Shown here piece after piece: positions 59,474-64,000 of a stretch of DNA of 64,000 bases. Under the pieces are notes generated by a model. It saw only the letters and a list, made by a program, of their open reading frames with translations. It did no database searches and was not told the origin of the DNA. The DNA lies in NCBI RefSeq assembly GCF_000150275.1, contig NW_002060952.1, positions 22,482-86,481 of the forward strand, given 5' to 3'. Origin of the DNA: Trichoplax adhaerens (taxonomy: Eukaryota > Animalia > Placozoa). Each line of letters begins with the position of its first letter. The first letter of the stretch is position 1. The position numbers and the translations under genes were made by a program.

Positions 59474-62400
59474 ATGTATTGCCACATCATGTCATGGTGC
59501 AAAGCGAACAGAACAATTATTACTTACTGGGTGGCGATTTGGATGGCTCTTTTTGATATTTCGATTACAACAGTTGTGACCATAGCAGCTAATAATGGTA
59601 GCTTATGCAGTCCACATTTAAAGTCCTATCAAATTGATCAATCTGTATGCGATCTGTGGGTACTTTCCTTGATACGATTCATTTTTGCCATAGCATGTGT
59701 TGGTGCAATCTTACGCTACAAACGAGCCGCTATTGATCGAATTAAAATCATCAAAAAATTTAAATGGTTTATTATAGCCCTGGTCCTTGCATTTTTAATT
59801 GCTAAAGCAATCTCAAGGCGACATCATTCACGTATTACTGCTTATAATTGGTTTGAGATATTTATTGGAATAACTGTTCTATTTACGTTGTCTTGGCTAT
59901 TAATTACCTTCCTTCTCTGTGGATTATCTATTTCATCGATTCTTAGCGATGATGGCATTACGATTACTCGAATACCATTACTGGATAGTTCTAGAACTAC
60001 CCTCAAATCGAACTTCAAGACAATTTTTCAACTTTTACATTTATGCCTCGATGACAAATACTATATTTTAATTGGGTTTATATTTTTCCTGATAACAGCT
60101 GGTATCGATATTGCCGTACCTTACGTCGACGCTCTAACATTTCAAGTCATCTTTAACGTCGGTGCTGCTCGAACAAAGCTTTATCTTATTCGAAATTTAG
60201 GCATTTTGTTAGCTTGTCGAACCCTTTGTGTAACAATTCGTGATTACTTGCTCGATGTACAAATAGCACGAATGATTAAACGAATTCGGCAGAAACTTTT
60301 TGAAGTAATTCTCAAACAAGAAACGGGCTATTTCGATACGGTCGATTCTGGCGAACTAACATCGAGATTAATATCTGATGTTAAAATCTTAAGTTCCGAT
60401 ATGACATTAAGCATCAATTTATTACTGAGCAGTATTATACGTTCTGTGGGAATGGCTGTATTCATGTATGTCTTGTCCTATAAGCTAGCTTTACTGACCT
60501 TTATCTATATGCCCTTGGTAGCCGTCGTCGTGGATTACTTCCAATCAAAGTTTAAGGTAGATCAACTTATGTCTAAACTTATGCATAAATTTTATCGCTA
60601 GCTATTGTCATGAAATCTTTCGTAGCTTCTATGCTTTAAATGAATTTTCCGATATTTGTATTTGTTTAATTCTATATAATTAATTTTTAACCTTTTCATT
60701 TACGGAAATTTTTCTAATTTAGATAAGTGGATAAAATTTTACTTTTATTTAACGATAATGAAATACCAGTATTCATGCATATATTGAATCAATTTCTGAG
60801 CTTATAGCATGCATAGTATTAAGATAAAGAAATATTTCGAATATTAGGTATTATCAAAACGAAAACAAGACGCTATTGCTAATGCAAATTCAGTCGCCAA
60901 CGAAGTGATTCCTTCTATCAAAGTTGTTCGCAGTTACGCCAATGAAAAAGGTGAAATTCTGCACTATAATGATAAAGTCACCGAAGTATATGGCTATAGT
61001 CTGAAATTGGCAAGAGTTTTTGCCGGATTTTTTGCTTTAACTGATGTAAGTTTATCGATAGAATTTCTATTTTTAAATTTTTTATCAGTAAGTAGCTAGC
61101 TTAGGGAAACCTTTGATTGTTACTAGATTTTCCATTTTAATACTCGGACTTGTCGTACCGATAATCTCGAAATGCAAATTTTACTTTTATGTCCATAGCG
61201 ATTTTTAAGAATAACCTGTTGTCTATAGAAACAGCACGAGATCGAAATTGTTCTGCAATGCTATTATTTGTTAATATAGTACTCTATTTTAAGTGTTACT
61301 ATTTCAATTTAAATCTGTATCATGCCTTAATTACCTTATCAAAGAAAAATTCCCATTGCTATTTCAAGTCTTTGATTCGTTAACGGAGGGAAAAATTTTC
61401 AAGACCTTATTATTTGCAATAGAGTAATAACTACTCATTTACGGATACTACTTTTGATGAGGGATCAAGTTATGTCTAAAATATAGGGTTATAACTAACA
61501 TGACTAATAAGATAATTACGATCACTAGATATTGGATTTTTGTTGTAAATTAAACCAGTCATTCGAAATAACGCTTTATTAATATGATTCCGTGAAATAT
61601 TTTACGATCGATAGATTTTTTAGCAAGATATAGATTCGATTTATTTTATTTATTCAACTTTATTGTATTCTTGTATAACATGTACTACCTTCTAATTGTA
61701 AAGCAACTTCCAGAGATTTTATGATGAATTATTGTAGCAACCCTTTTAAGATTACCTTTATCGTTGAATATTAATCTGTGTATTTATAAAATCTAGTCCC
61801 TTAGAATTACTCTTAAAATAATTACTCTTTACTACGGGAGCTACCTTACACATCACGAAGCTATCGACAGTACAACGATCTTCGCCTTTATCGTATTTCA
61901 GCCCATACTGCAAGGAGCAATACAGGTATTAATAGCTTTTATAGCCATGTAATCCATATATGCATATATATTCAACAAGATCTTTAAGGTCAGTTTTCTA
62001 AATCGTTTTATATAGTTCAGTTGACTCTATTAGACTATCTCATGCTTAATAAAGCACGGTAGAGCACTTAGTAAGAAATAACATGTTAGATATACTACCA
62101 AAACCAACTAAGGTATTAGAAAATGAAAACGTTATGGTACCTACTGTAATTACGATTACTAATTAAAGTAGAGTATTCTACTTCTTTCTAGCTAGTCTAC
62201 CTTCTCTATAGCTACTATACCAATAAACCACCTTTTATATGCTTCGTAGAGATATACGTGTTATCATAAGTTGAGAATGATAATCTTATCATATTCGAAA
62301 AGAACTCTACTTAAACTATTACACTTAATAATGCAAGTTTAGATTGATTCTATCTGACGATTCCTTTCTAATTTAAGCTACTGGTTTTCATCATAGATAA

Positions 62401-63704
62401 ATTTCTATTGATACATTTAACATACGCTGTGCCGTATTAGATAAATGTAAGCATTTCGTATCAGCTTAATTATATGGTGCCTTATGATGTATAACTATAA
62501 TATTCTCAAGAAAAAATTACAACTATCTAAAAGTGATCAGGTTAGCATTATACTCTTTTACCAGACAATATCTACTGTTATCAACAAACTAAATTAGTCA
62601 CAGTTACAAACTATTTAAGTCATACCTTATCCTAACTTTTATGTACATCACCCTGTAACGGTCATGATTATTTTTACAATATAACCACCATACAAGGAGG
62701 ATTCTAGTAAGTAATCTTCATAACAAGTGGCTAACACATGCGTACCTTACACACGTACAAAAATAATTTTTTATTATAGAATTAGCATAAACACAGTATT
62801 TCCCCGTTATTTTCTATGTAAACTTAATTACAATTTAGTAATATTGAGTGATTCTGAGTGATATTTATTATCCCATTATTAGTTTAAGCACTACGTCAAT
62901 ATGGCAGGCTAATGATGCAATAATATGATAGGACGTAGACTGCTTAATTATAGTACTTGATGTAGTTTAAATAACAAAATAATTTACCATGTGGCTGTAA
63001 TGGTGGAATTACCTTTAAATGATTGAATAGTAGCAAGAAGGTCTATTTATTGACATAATCGTCAACTCACCGATGGGTATAAATTTCAATAAATACAGGC
63101 AATTAAGAAATACTAGACATCAAAATTCTTCATATCCTTTCCATATTTATTGGATGTCGACTTGATAGTAGCTAATATATAAATTTACAATACGATATCG
63201 AAGCTATACCATTTGCGTTTACGTCGCATCATGCTCGAATAAAAAATTCTACATGATATGCTTTATGATGCAAGTATTTATTCACGTATATCAATATCAT
63301 CGTTATAAAAGGTTACGAGTTACTATTTTTGTTTCGACTAGGAAGTTGGAACAATATATGCCGATTTATTAGGGGCTATCGGAGTTGCTGATAGAGTGAT
63401 GAAACTATTTACTCGAATACCTGAAAAATGCGAGTATGGTGATGAAAAGCCATCAGATTTCAAAGGCTATATTCAATTTAACAATGTTTCCTTCGCTTAT
63501 CCAAATAAACCTGACACTATGGCAATTGAGAACCTATCCTTTAGCGTTAAACCTGGTGAAATTGTTGCACTTGTTGGTGCAAATGGTTCTGGAAAATCAA
63601 CAACCATCAAACTATGTAAGAGGTTGTACGAGCCGAAATCAGGAGAAATTCTTCTTGACTCACGTCCGCTATCAGATTACGACAATCAATATTTACATTC
63701 CAAA
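59474..63704 (+). CDS. ABCB9/TAPL-like ABC half-transporter, divergent paralogue 2 (3'-partial; runs off window)
   Basis: join(59474..60556,60848..61045,61797..61925,63342..63704,...). Exons 2-4 are 198/129/363 bp, the same as paralogue 1. TMD0 FDISITT...CDLWVLSLIRF, YFDTVDSGELTSRLISD, Walker A GANGSGKST. Confidence 0.88.
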
Positions 63705-64000
63705 GTAAGCCTTATTAAAATTATAAATAGACAGTTGGCCATATACATAATTTTATTACTTTATAGCTAGAACAATCTATACAACACTATCGAATAGAAC
63801 TAGGGAAGGAATTCATTAGAGTTAATCTTGCTAAATGACTAATAAAGTGGCCATTGGATAGCAAACTATAAGTTACTGCTACGCAATTATACTTTGCAGA
63901 AATTAACTAAATCATTCTGGATAGCTAATCTTGATGGTTTCCGTACAGTAATAATCAATTTATATGAGCTACATTATTTGGAATAGTTTAGTTGTAATAG

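Overview
AT-rich eukaryotic (animal) genomic DNA with GT-AG spliceosomal introns. The gene content suggests a placozoan (Trichoplax-like) or similar early-branching animal; that assignment is inference. The first 42 kb hold a head-to-tail array of four minus-strand paralogues encoding two-TM receptor guanylyl cyclases: TM1 - NIT (nitrate/nitrite-sensing) domain - TM2 - signalling helix - class III GC domain, with no kinase-homology domain. All four share the same exon plan (about 1.6 kb, 99 bp, 92 bp, short last exon). Their 8-12 kb spacers contain TG...CA solo-LTR-like elements (two with perfect 5-bp TSDs) and foldback/MITE-like inverted repeats. A repeat-rich divergent promoter region (44.6-46.5 kb) leads to a 22-exon PRPF19 gene on the + strand. 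PRPF19 intron 7 hosts a dual-guide box C/D snoRNA predicted to target the 28S Am1511 and 18S Cm517 equivalents. The window ends with two tandem ABCB9/TAPL-like half-transporters, the second strongly diverged and cut off by the window edge. Most short ORFs in the supplied track are shadows or noise.
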